From a bacterium (lineage in GTDB: Bacteria > Patescibacteriota > Microgenomatia > Daviesbacterales > UBA10151), in the NCBI GenBank assembly GCA_021786105.1, contig JAJYNW010000011.1, forward strand, positions 1-11,606: a stretch of 11,606 bases of DNA, written 5' to 3'. The notes below the pieces were generated by a model. The model did no database searches. It saw only the letters and a list, made by a program, of their open reading frames with translations, and was not told the origin of the DNA. This document shows, one piece after another, positions 1 to 8,751 of the stretch. The stretch's first letter is position 1. Each line of letters starts with the position of its first letter. Both the position numbers and the translations under genes were made by a program.

Positions 1-139
1 CAATAATATTTTCTCTACAGTCTCGGACTATCTTCAAAAATTCTTCTAAATTTTCCTAGAGACAGATCAAAATCCTACCCTTTAAAAGAAAATTGTCCCA
101 TTTATTTCAAATCTGCAGGTGGGTCAGTAAAATTCTCCG

Positions 140-169
140 TTGACGCCTGCATAAAATTTTCTGTACAAT
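140..169 (+). promoter_or_regulatory. Putative sigma70 promoter of the atp operon (leaderless type)
   Basis: TTGACG at 140-145, 18-nt spacer, TACAAT at 164-169. The in-frame ATG at 177 lies 7 nt downstream and has no SD. Confidence 0.6.
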
Positions 170-176
170 GAACAAA

Positions 177-899
177 ATGGAAAATACGATTGTTTTAAAG
201 CCCGAGATTTTGGGATACTTCCACAACTTCCCCATTGCCAATACTTTGCTGGTTAGCTGGATTGTCATGGTTGTTTTAATTATTGTTTCTTTTCTGGCTA
301 CCAGAAAAGTGCAAATGGTGCCCAATGGCTTACAGAATTTATTTGAAATCATCGTTGATTTTGGTTATACCACTGTGGAAGATCTGGCAGGCAGCAGCAA
401 AGCTAAAGTTTTCTTCCCAATTGTGATGACTTTTTTCCTGTTTATTTTATTTTCCAACTGGATTGGTCTTTTGCCGGGTTTTGCCACCATTAAGTTTCAT
501 GGAGAGCCGCTCCTCCGTTCCATGAATTCTGATTTAAATATGACTTTGGCCTTGGCTTTGGTTTCTGCTTTTTTGACCCACGCCTTTGCTATCCGCTATC
601 TAGGTATTGCCGATTATTTAAAAAGATGGTTTACTTTAAATCCAATATTTCTTTTTGTGGGATTGCTGGAATTGGTAGGAGAAGTGACAAAAGTGGTCTC
701 GCTATCCTTCCGGCTTTTTGGTAATATATTTGCCGGGGAAGTGGTTTTGGCAACGGTTTCAACAATCTTTGCCTTTATAGCACCACTCCCTTTTTATTTT
801 TTGGAGATTATTGTAGGATTTGTACAGGCTGCAGTTTTTATGATGTTAACGCTCGTGTTTATGACGTTATTGTCAGAAAAACATGCTGCTGAGCATTAA
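177..899 (+). CDS. atpB: F0F1 ATP synthase subunit a
   Basis: Hydrophobic protein with NWIGLLPG, SLSFRLFGNIFAGE (essential Arg) and VQAAVF motifs. The ORF track starts at 168, but that ATG overlaps the -10 box, so ATG 177 is preferred. Confidence 0.97.
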   Translation: MENTIVLKPEILGYFHNFPIANTLLVSWIVMVVLIIVSFLATRKVQMVPNGLQNLFEIIVDFGYTTVEDLAGSSKAKVFFPIVMTFFLFILFSNWIGLLPGFATIKFHGEPLLRSMNSDLNMTLALALVSAFLTHAFAIRYLGIADYLKRWFTLNPIFLFVGLLELVGEVTKVVSLSFRLFGNIFAGEVVLATVSTIFAFIAPLPFYFLEIIVGFVQAAVFMMLTLVFMTLLSEKHAAEH

Positions 900-917
900 A
901 AAAAGAAAGGAGTAAAA

Positions 918-1121
918 ATGGAAAACTTGCCATCTGCTTTAGCAATTGCAATAGGCGCAGTAGGTCCGGCTATCGGAATCGGCCTTATTGGTATGAAGGC
1001 TATGGAATCAATCGGGAGAAATCCTGATGCCCAGTCGAAGATTTTACCGGCGATGCTTTTAGGTATGGCTTTTGCTGAAGCTATTGCTATTTATGCTTTG
1101 GTGATAGCTTTCATTAAGTAA
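918..1121 (+). CDS. atpE: F0F1 ATP synthase subunit c (H+-type signature)
   Basis: 67 aa helical hairpin with a Gly-rich first helix, RNP loop and carboxylate in FAEAIAIY. Strong SD AAAGGAG at 906-912. Confidence 0.97.
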   Translation: MENLPSALAIAIGAVGPAIGIGLIGMKAMESIGRNPDAQSKILPAMLLGMAFAEAIAIYALVIAFIK

Positions 1122-1272
1122 GACGCAGCTCGTCTGGCCGCAAAGCACCGCTCGCACGTCCAAGTCGCTCGCTTAAGGTTTGTTTCGCGCCCAGTACGGA
1201 TTCGGTACACGGACAAGGTGGTGTGTTCAACTGCACCATATGCTTTGACTGGCTCAGACTTCGCTGCTTTTT
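1121..1272 (+). other. GC-rich multibranch structured intergenic element (cis-RNA or palindromic insertion, family unknown)
   Basis: Nested complementary segments GCAGC/GCTGC, GTCTG/CAGAC, GCC/GGC, CAAAGCA/TGCTTTG and GTCC/GGAC, inner hairpins, and a downstream T5 tract. Confidence 0.6.
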
Positions 1273-1284
1273 GCTGATATCAAT

Positions 1285-1779
1285 ATGGAAATTTTGAACC
1301 AATTCGGAATTAATCCATTACTTTTGGCCGCGCAAGTGGTTAATTTTGCCATTCTTCTTTTTATCTTGCGGAGGTTTTTATATAAACCGATCTTGAAAGT
1401 TTTGGAAGAAAGAAAACAAAAGATTGCAGATAGCTTAAAAAATGCGGAAGAGATTGAAAGAAGATTAAATGAACTTAGCGAGAAAGAAACGGAAGCACTT
1501 ATAAAAGCTGGAAAAGAAGGCCAAAAGATTATTCAGCAGGCCGGTGAGGAATACAAACAAACAGTAGAAGAGGCCAAAAAGGAGTATGAGAGGATTATCA
1601 ATAAGGCAGTTGAAGATGCCAAGAAATTAACAGAACTGGAGAAAGTTAGGTTGGAGCAGCATGTCAAGGAGAATTTGGGAGATATTGTGGCGATGGCGCT
1701 CGAGAAAGTGACCGGTAAAACTTTAACCGGAAAGAAAGAAAAGGAGATAATCGAGAAAGAGATTAAGAATTTATCATGA
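1285..1779 (+). CDS. atpF: F0F1 ATP synthase subunit b
   Basis: N-terminal TM segment (QVVNFAILLFILRRFLYKPILKVLEERKQKI) followed by a charged coiled coil; expected operon position. Confidence 0.95.
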   Translation: MEILNQFGINPLLLAAQVVNFAILLFILRRFLYKPILKVLEERKQKIADSLKNAEEIERRLNELSEKETEALIKAGKEGQKIIQQAGEEYKQTVEEAKKEYERIINKAVEDAKKLTELEKVRLEQHVKENLGDIVAMALEKVTGKTLTGKKEKEIIEKEIKNLS

Positions 1780-2168
1780 CAAAAAGACAATTACAAAAAA
1801 TCGTGAGAGAACTGGTAAATGTTAGTTTTAAAGATGACAGAATGGTGGAAGTTCAGGTGTTAAGATCAATTAAGACTTTAAAATCTCTCCCCAGATCAGA
1901 AGCAATCCAGGCGTTATCAGAATACCTGAAGGGATTAAAGAGAATAGAGAGAGAACATACACTTTATATTGAAGCAGTAATGCCGCTTTCCCCTATCCAA
2001 GTTAAGAAAATTAAGCAAAAAATTGAGAGAAAAGCCACCATTACTAAAGTAGTGGTAAATATCAATCCGGAAATTCTGGGTGGAATTAAACTGCGGATTG
2101 GAGATGAAATATGGGACGAATCAATTTCTGGTAAAATTAACCAGGTGAAGGAGGCAATCAGTGGCTGA
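1776..2168 (+). CDS. atpH: F0F1 ATP synthase subunit delta (shortened)
   Basis: C-terminal delta/OSCP motif [30 protein letters not shown] overlap with atpF. Only 130 aa. Confidence 0.9.
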   Translation: MTKRQLQKIVRELVNVSFKDDRMVEVQVLRSIKTLKSLPRSEAIQALSEYLKGLKRIEREHTLYIEAVMPLSPIQVKKIKQKIERKATITKVVVNINPEILGGIKLRIGDEIWDESISGKINQVKEAISG

Positions 2169-3672
2169 TTTAATTGCGGAAATAGAAAGTCAAATTAAAG
2201 GGTTGAAACTTAAAGCCCAGAGAGAAAATGTGGGGGTTGTTACTGAAATCGGCGACGGCGTGGCCAGGATTGAAGGTCTGTCCGATGTTAAATATTCAGA
2301 GCTTTTGGATTTTGGTAAAGGTGTAACTGGTTTGGCTTTGAATTTGGAACAATACAATGTCGGAGCGGTGATTTTTGGTGATTTCACTAAGATTAAAGAA
2401 GGTGATCAAGTTAAGACTACCGGGCAGATTTTGCAAGTGCCGGCAGGAGAAGCTTTGATTGGCCGGGTAGTTGACGCTTTAGGTAACCCGATTGACGGCA
2501 AAGGCGCCATTAAGACCAAAGACCGCTATCCGGTGGAAAAAATTGCCCCCGGAGTGATTACCAGACAAAAAGTCAATACGCCTTTGCAAACTGGAATTAA
2601 GGCCATTGACAGCATGATCCCAATTGGTCGGGGCCAGCGGGAGTTAATTATTGGTGATAGGAGCACCGGTAAAACTACTATTGCTATTGATACCATTATT
2701 AACCAAAAAGACGTCATTTGTATTTATGTGGCCATTGGTCAAAAAACTTCCAAGGTAGCTCAATTAGTGGCCAAGCTGGAAGAGATCGGCGCCATGGATC
2801 ATACTATTGTGGTGTCAGCGACTGCTTCTGAGTCAGCTACTATGCAGTACATTGCTCCATACGCCGGTTGCGCCATGGGTGAATATTTCATGGATCAAGG
2901 CAAAGACGCTTTAATCATCTACGATGATTTATCAAAACATGCCCAAAGTTATAGACAGGTATCGCTTCTTTTGAGACGTCCATCCGGACGTGAAGCTTAT
3001 CCGGGAGATGTGTTTTACCTGCATTCCCGGTTGCTTGAGCGGGCTGCTAAATTAAATAAGGATTACGGTGGCGGGTCACTGACCGCTCTCCCGATTATTG
3101 AAACCCAGGCCGGTGATGTGTCTGCCTATATTCCCACTAACGTCATTTCTATCACTGATGGACAAATTTATCTGGAATCAGATTTGTTCTTTGCCGGAAT
3201 TAGACCGGCGGTTAATGTGGGTTTGTCAGTGTCCCGGGTGGGCGGTGACGCTCAGACTAAAGCCATGAAGTCGGTGGCCGGTCCGCTCCGGCTGGATCTG
3301 GCTCAATTTAGAGCTTTGCAGGCTTTTGCTCAATTCTCCTCTGACTTAGATCCAGCTACCAAGGCCCAAATCGAAAGAGGGAAAAGAGTGACGGAAATCT
3401 TAAAGCAGCCCCCCTACTCTCCGGTTTCTGTTGAAGAGCAAGTGGTAATTTTGTGGGCAGTGACCCACGGGTATTTGGATGAAATAGAAGTAGAAAGGGT
3501 GCGTGATTTTGAACAAAAATACATTGCTCACCTTAAACTGCGGGAGAAGAAACTGCTGGCTGAGATAGCAGAGAAAAAGGCGCTGGATGAAAAAATGACC
3601 AAAGATCTGGAAAAGGTGACAAAAGAGTTTGTGGGAATATTTGGAAAGTCGGTGAAAGGAGCTAAAAAATAG
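2161..3672 (+). CDS. atpA: F1 ATP synthase subunit alpha
   Basis: [17 protein letters not shown] Walker [20 protein letters not shown] and [13 protein letters not shown] motifs. GTG start with SD AAGGAGG at 2148-2154. Confidence 0.99.
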   Translation: MADLIAEIESQIKGLKLKAQRENVGVVTEIGDGVARIEGLSDVKYSELLDFGKGVTGLALNLEQYNVGAVIFGDFTKIKEGDQVKTTGQILQVPAGEALIGRVVDALGNPIDGKGAIKTKDRYPVEKIAPGVITRQKVNTPLQTGIKAIDSMIPIGRGQRELIIGDRSTGKTTIAIDTIINQKDVICIYVAIGQKTSKVAQLVAKLEEIGAMDHTIVVSATASESATMQYIAPYAGCAMGEYFMDQGKDALIIYDDLSKHAQSYRQVSLLLRRPSGREAYPGDVFYLHSRLLERAAKLNKDYGGGSLTALPIIETQAGDVSAYIPTNVISITDGQIYLESDLFFAGIRPAVNVGLSVSRVGGDAQTKAMKSVAGPLRLDLAQFRALQAFAQFSSDLDPATKAQIERGKRVTEILKQPPYSPVSVEEQVVILWAVTHGYLDEIEVERVRDFEQKYIAHLKLREKKLLAEIAEKKALDEKMTKDLEKVTKEFVGIFGKSVKGAKK

Positions 3673-3749
3673 AGTCCAGTTGCTAGAATCTAGAGTCTAG
3701 TTCTGTATTGCAGAATTTTTAGACTCTCGACTCTTGACTCTAGTCACTA
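3670..3749. repeat. Inverted arrays of degenerate heptamer repeats around a small hairpin
   Basis: Left arm TAGAGTC CAGTTGC TAGAATC TAGAGTC TAG; centre TTCTG-TATTG-CAGAA; right arm TAGACTC TCGACTC TTGACTC TAGTCAC TA. Confidence 0.75.
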
Positions 3750-3753
3750 ACGA

Positions 3754-4635
3754 ATGGCTAATACCAGAGAATTAAGACGCAGAATAAGATCAGTTAAAAA
3801 TACCGCTCAAATCACCAAAGCTATGCAAATGGTGTCTGCCACCAAGATGAGAAGAGCGCAAAATCAGGCTTTAAACGGCCGCCCGTATAGTTTTAATTTA
3901 AGTTATGCCCTTAAAAGGCTTTTGCCTTTGGTTGATACGGAGTCTCATCCTTTGTTAACAAGACATGATTCTAAAACCCAAGGCATTATTTTGTTATCAA
4001 CCGATAAAAGTTTGTGTGGGGCTTTGAATACTAATTTATTCCGGACACTGCTGGCTTCTAACCTATCCGAGGCAGTTTTTTATACCGTGGGCAGAAAAGG
4101 CCGCGAGTTTGTGATCAGAACAGGTAATAAGCTAGTAGCTGATTTTGAAAATTCCGATACAGTGGTTTTTCGGCAAGCTGCGCAGCTTGCTAAACTGGTG
4201 ATAGAAGCTTTTTTAAGCGGAGAAATTGGCGAGGCTTATATAGCTTTCCCCCGTTTTGTGTCCACTTTGCGGCAGGAAGCGATGAAGGTTAAGCTGTTAC
4301 CGATAGAATATTCGGAATTGGAAGCATTAATTGCTGCTCAGTCTGAAGGAAAATCTAAAGAGGGTGATTTGGCAAAAAGTGAGTTTCTTTTTGAGCCGGA
4401 TCCCAAAAAACTTTTGGATTTTATCTTAAACCACTATATTGAAATTAAAATTTACCAATCCTTGTTGGAAACCAAGGCTTCGGAACATTCAGCTCGGATG
4501 ATTGCCATGCAAAATGCCACTGATAATGCTTTGGAGCTTGTAGATGATCTTAATCTTGCCTATAATAAGACCCGTCAAGATTCAATTACCAAGGAGCTTT
4601 TGGAAATAACAACAGCCTCTTTGGCAATGCAGTGA
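3754..4635 (+). CDS. atpG: F1 ATP synthase subunit gamma
   Basis: IRSVKNTAQITKAMQMVSATKM, DKSLCGALN and SEHSARMIAMQNATDNA...RQDSITKELLEI motifs. Confidence 0.99.
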   Translation: MANTRELRRRIRSVKNTAQITKAMQMVSATKMRRAQNQALNGRPYSFNLSYALKRLLPLVDTESHPLLTRHDSKTQGIILLSTDKSLCGALNTNLFRTLLASNLSEAVFYTVGRKGREFVIRTGNKLVADFENSDTVVFRQAAQLAKLVIEAFLSGEIGEAYIAFPRFVSTLRQEAMKVKLLPIEYSELEALIAAQSEGKSKEGDLAKSEFLFEPDPKKLLDFILNHYIEIKIYQSLLETKASEHSARMIAMQNATDNALELVDDLNLAYNKTRQDSITKELLEITTASLAMQ

Positions 4636-4642
4636 CGCTTAG

Positions 4643-6090
<1,448 letters not shown>

Positions 6091-6259
6091 ATATCCTCAA
6101 AATTCAAGGAGGCTTGAGAAACTATTCCGGGAGCTTCGATAACATTTTATCCAACCTTAATTAGATCGGAAAGAAAGCCAGCACTAGTAGACCATTTAAA
6201 AAGAAAGAAAATATATTGAGAATGAAACAAAGTTTCGCGTAACGAATGCAAGTATGAAT

Positions 6260-6625
6260 TTAGGAAATTGGTTCAAAAGTACCATCGAGGTGAAGATAAT
6301 AAGTTTCCACTTCTAATTCAGGATATTGAGCTTTGATTTTAGCAGCAGCGTTTTTTAAATCTTCTGCATGCTTTTCCACAGTTCCCGCTTCCCCATATGC
6401 TCCACAATCTTCGTGGTTTATTAACACGGCTTTTTTAATATGATGCAGTCTTTTTGATATCCCAACTTGTTTTAAAATATAATCCAGATCAAACACGCCT
6501 CCGGCACTAGCTACCCTATCAAAAGACCGAGGGGGAAATTTTTCCGTGATCCACTTATTGATATATTCCTGAAATCGGAAATCGATACAGGTAACAATAA
6601 CGGCTTCGCAATTATGATCGGACAT
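6260..6625 (-). CDS. Minimal beta-class carbonic anhydrase-like metalloprotein
   Basis: Zn-ligand motifs C-I-D-F-R (CxDxR) and H-E-D-C-G (HxxC) with an intervening AGG; 121 aa. Confidence 0.8.
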   Translation of the reverse strand: MSDHNCEAVIVTCIDFRFQEYINKWITEKFPPRSFDRVASAGGVFDLDYILKQVGISKRLHHIKKAVLINHEDCGAYGEAGTVEKHAEDLKNAAAKIKAQYPELEVETYYLHLDGTFEPIS

Positions 6626-6632
6626 GGAGAAA

Positions 6633-6638
6633 ATTTTA
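6633..6638 (-). promoter_or_regulatory. Putative -10 box (TAAAAT) for the leaderless beta-CA-like gene
   Basis: Minus-strand TAAAAT ends 7 nt before the ATG at 6625; no SD. Confidence 0.45.
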
Positions 6639-6645
6639 CACTATT

Positions 6646-6674
6646 TTGCTCTTCCTGAACAGATTTGTTATACT
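6646..6674 (+). promoter_or_regulatory. Putative sigma70 promoter with extended -10 for the zeta-CA-like gene
   Basis: TTGCTC at 6646-6651, 17-nt spacer, TG-n-TATACT at 6666-6674. Confidence 0.65.
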
Positions 6675-6686
6675 ATCAGATAACGG

Positions 6687-6714
6687 ATTCGACCCACTTT
6701 GGGTCGGATTTTTT
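6687..6714 (+). terminator. Terminator-like hairpin plus T-tract in the 5' leader
   Basis: CGACCCA-CTT-TGGGTCG stem (6690-6706), extendable by ATT/GAT, followed by TTTTTT at 6709-6714. Confidence 0.5.
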
Positions 6715-6720
6715 AAAGTT

Positions 6721-7365
6721 ATGGCAACAGAATTGAAGACACATCCGCAGTATAATTCTACAGAAGTAGAAAGATTTTTTGTAGGTAGAGGATGGAAAGT
6801 AGAGTTTGTTAGAGTCGGTAATGAAGATTTGGTTCCAGCAGAAGAAGGTGCCGCAGTGGAATGTATTGATGGCCGGTTTGGAAAGAGAAAAGAGATAAAA
6901 AAGCATGGCCCGAAACTTCCGGGCGCTTCTCTTGCAATAGCGGCTTCGAAAACAGGCGGTAATACAATAGGATTTAATGCAGCAGCCTCAGAAATTGCCA
7001 GACTGGGTTATCGGGCTGGTACCCACGTACATTGCGGATTTCTCCATTTATGGCAGAATGGAGAATTAGTGGCAGTAAAGCACAAACTAGAGCTGCCTAA
7101 TATACCAGATCAGGCGAATTGGATGGTTCTCAAGCAAAAACAATGGGGAGGTAAACACTTTCATATATCTGATGAACACGAAGAAGAGGCTTTAACCTTT
7201 AATCCGTTTCTTGGGTTGACAAATAAGGCAAGGAAAGATAGGTTTGGTTACGACCACTGGTTAATGCAAATTTTAGGGATCCACAGAAGAAGCGCAATGC
7301 ATTTAGTTGCAGAAACGGTTGAAAGAATATCTTCTCACAGGAAAGTTGAAATTCTGACTAAGTAG
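6721..7365 (+). CDS. Zeta-class (cadmium, CDCA1-like) carbonic anhydrase homologue, single domain
   Basis: 214 aa from ATG 6721 (the TTG at 6646 coincides with the -35 box). Motifs GRGWxxE, CIDGR, GPKLPG, H..CGFLHLWxxG, HxE, DRFxxDxW and AETVE are colinear with the diatom CDCA1 repeat as I recall it (GRGWDAE, CVDGR, GPKMPGG, CGFFKLWVTG, HTE, QRFIVDGW, AATVE). Confidence 0.82.
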   Translation: MATELKTHPQYNSTEVERFFVGRGWKVEFVRVGNEDLVPAEEGAAVECIDGRFGKRKEIKKHGPKLPGASLAIAASKTGGNTIGFNAAASEIARLGYRAGTHVHCGFLHLWQNGELVAVKHKLELPNIPDQANWMVLKQKQWGGKHFHISDEHEEEALTFNPFLGLTNKARKDRFGYDHWLMQILGIHRRSAMHLVAETVERISSHRKVEILTK

Positions 7366-7371
7366 TATAAT
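7366..7371 (+). promoter_or_regulatory. Consensus -10 box (TATAAT) directly before atpC
   Basis: Perfect TATAAT 7 nt upstream of ATG 7379. No SD and no well-spaced -35. Confidence 0.55.
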
Positions 7372-7378
7372 ATTAAAT

Positions 7379-7789
7379 ATGGCTCAGCTGCATTTAAAAA
7401 TTGTTACTCCGGAAAAACTGCTAATTGATGAGGAAGTTTCACAGGTGAATGTTTCTACCGAAGAGGGGGAAATTGGCATACTTCCCCACCATGCTAATTT
7501 AATGGCTAAACTTACCCCCGGTGAATTAATTATTAAAAAGAACGGAAAGGTTGAATCATTGGCTATCGGGGACGGGTTTTTACAGGTGGCGGATGATGTT
7601 TTGACAGTGATGACGGATTTGGCAACTTATGCGGTTGATATTGACGAAAGAGCGGTTGAGGAGGCCAAAAAACGAGCTGAGCAGGCTTTAACCCAAACTT
7701 TGTCTGACGAAGAATATGCGGATACTTTGGCCAACTTGGAGAAATCCCTGGCCCAACTTCGGGTGAAAAGACGCCATAGAGTGAGGTAG
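7379..7789 (+). CDS. atpC: F1 ATP synthase subunit epsilon
   Basis: LKIVTPE and GEIGILPHHA motifs, GFLQV beta-sandwich and C-terminal helical hairpin (EAKKRAEQAL...LAQLRV). Confidence 0.97.
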   Translation: MAQLHLKIVTPEKLLIDEEVSQVNVSTEEGEIGILPHHANLMAKLTPGELIIKKNGKVESLAIGDGFLQVADDVLTVMTDLATYAVDIDERAVEEAKKRAEQALTQTLSDEEYADTLANLEKSLAQLRVKRRHRVR

Positions 7790-7790
7790 A

Positions 7791-7819
7791 TTGGTAATTA
7801 ATCACTTCTGTTATACAAT
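7791..7819 (+). promoter_or_regulatory. Putative sigma70 promoter of the glycosyltransferase cluster
   Basis: TTGGTA at 7791-7796, 17-nt spacer, TACAAT at 7814-7819; ATG 8 nt downstream. Confidence 0.55.
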
Positions 7820-7827
7820 ATTTAGAC

Positions 7828-8751
7828 ATGGCCAGTAGCGAAAATCCCGATCTTTCAATTATTATCCTTAATTACAATGTTAAGGAGCTGTTATTAAACT
7901 GTTTAGAATCTACTTTCAAGAACAAAACCAGCTCTGACCAGTGGCAAGTGATTGTGGTGGATAACGCCTCTTCTGACGGGTCAGTTGAAGCTGTCAGGGA
8001 AAAATATCCGCAAGTTGAGCTGGTGGAAAGTAAAAAGAATTTGGGGTTCGCCGCCGGTAATAACATGGGAGTGTTATTGGCTAAGGCCCCTGTTATCCTC
8101 TTTCTAAATCCGGATACGGTGGTAGTCGGTCAAGCTATCCAAAAAACTTTGGCAGTTTTATTATCTAATCCTGATTTTGGGGTGGTTACTTGTAAGGTCG
8201 AGCTGCCGGATGGCCGGATGGATTATTCTTGTCATCGCGGCTTCCCTACTCCCTGGAATTCATTGGCCTACTTTAGCGGTTTTGCCAAAATGTTTCCCAA
8301 ATTAGCCTTGTTTTCTGGGTATACCGCCAGTTTCTTGGATATCTCAAAAGCTCACGAAGTAGATTGCATCAGCGGAACTTTTTTGATGGTTAGAAAGATT
8401 GCCGGGGAGCAAATTGGTTTTTGGGATAAGGATTATTTTTTTAACGGCGAGGATATTGAATTTTGTTATTCTTTAAAACAAAAAGGCTGGAAAATTTATT
8501 ATTATCCGGAGGAAAAGATTATTCACTACAAAGGTTCTTCTTCAGGCCTTTGGCAAACTGGTGCCGTTAAGGTGGAAAGAGGGACAAAACTGACAGCTGC
8601 CACTCATGCTGCTTCAGCTATGCGGATTTTTTATAAAAAACATTATTATAAAAACTATCCTCCTCTACTGCGGGATTTTGTCTTGGGGGGAATAAAAATG
8701 CTGGAGCATTACCGAAAATTTAAGATCATCACCGGATTGAAATATGAATAA
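7828..8751 (+). CDS. Family 2 glycosyltransferase (WbbL/rhamnosyltransferase-like)
   Basis: SIIILNYN, VVDNASSDGS, NLGFAAGNN, LNPD, EDIEFC and IIHYKG motifs. Confidence 0.93.
   Translation: MASSENPDLSIIILNYNVKELLLNCLESTFKNKTSSDQWQVIVVDNASSDGSVEAVREKYPQVELVESKKNLGFAAGNNMGVLLAKAPVILFLNPDTVVVGQAIQKTLAVLLSNPDFGVVTCKVELPDGRMDYSCHRGFPTPWNSLAYFSGFAKMFPKLALFSGYTASFLDISKAHEVDCISGTFLMVRKIAGEQIGFWDKDYFFNGEDIEFCYSLKQKGWKIYYYPEEKIIHYKGSSSGLWQTGAVKVERGTKLTAATHAASAMRIFYKKHYYKNYPPLLRDFVLGGIKMLEHYRKFKIITGLKYE

Noticed and set aside
2-49. Possible 3' end of an upstream gene (NNIFSTVSDYLQKFF*)
   Set aside because: Only 15 codons are visible at the window edge, which is not enough to support a call.
1121-1272. 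Possible tRNA, SRP RNA, 6S RNA or hammerhead ribozyme identity for the structured spacer
   Set aside because: No cloverleaf, SRP helix-8 motif or CUGANGA core found on either strand by eye; left unassigned.
1114-1302. 62-aa minus-strand ORF across the atpE-atpF spacer
   Set aside because: Overlaps both genes, has no motif, and is explained by the GC-rich structured element having few stops.
6091-6259. SD-like AAGGAGG at 6106-6112 and possible small ORFs or a terminator in the convergent spacer
   Set aside because: No properly spaced start codon, only very short frames, and no convincing stem plus T-tract.
6646-6720. 25-aa N-terminal extension of the zeta-CA ORF from TTG 6646
   Set aside because: Coincides with the promoter boxes and hairpin; CDCA-like similarity starts only after ATG 6721.
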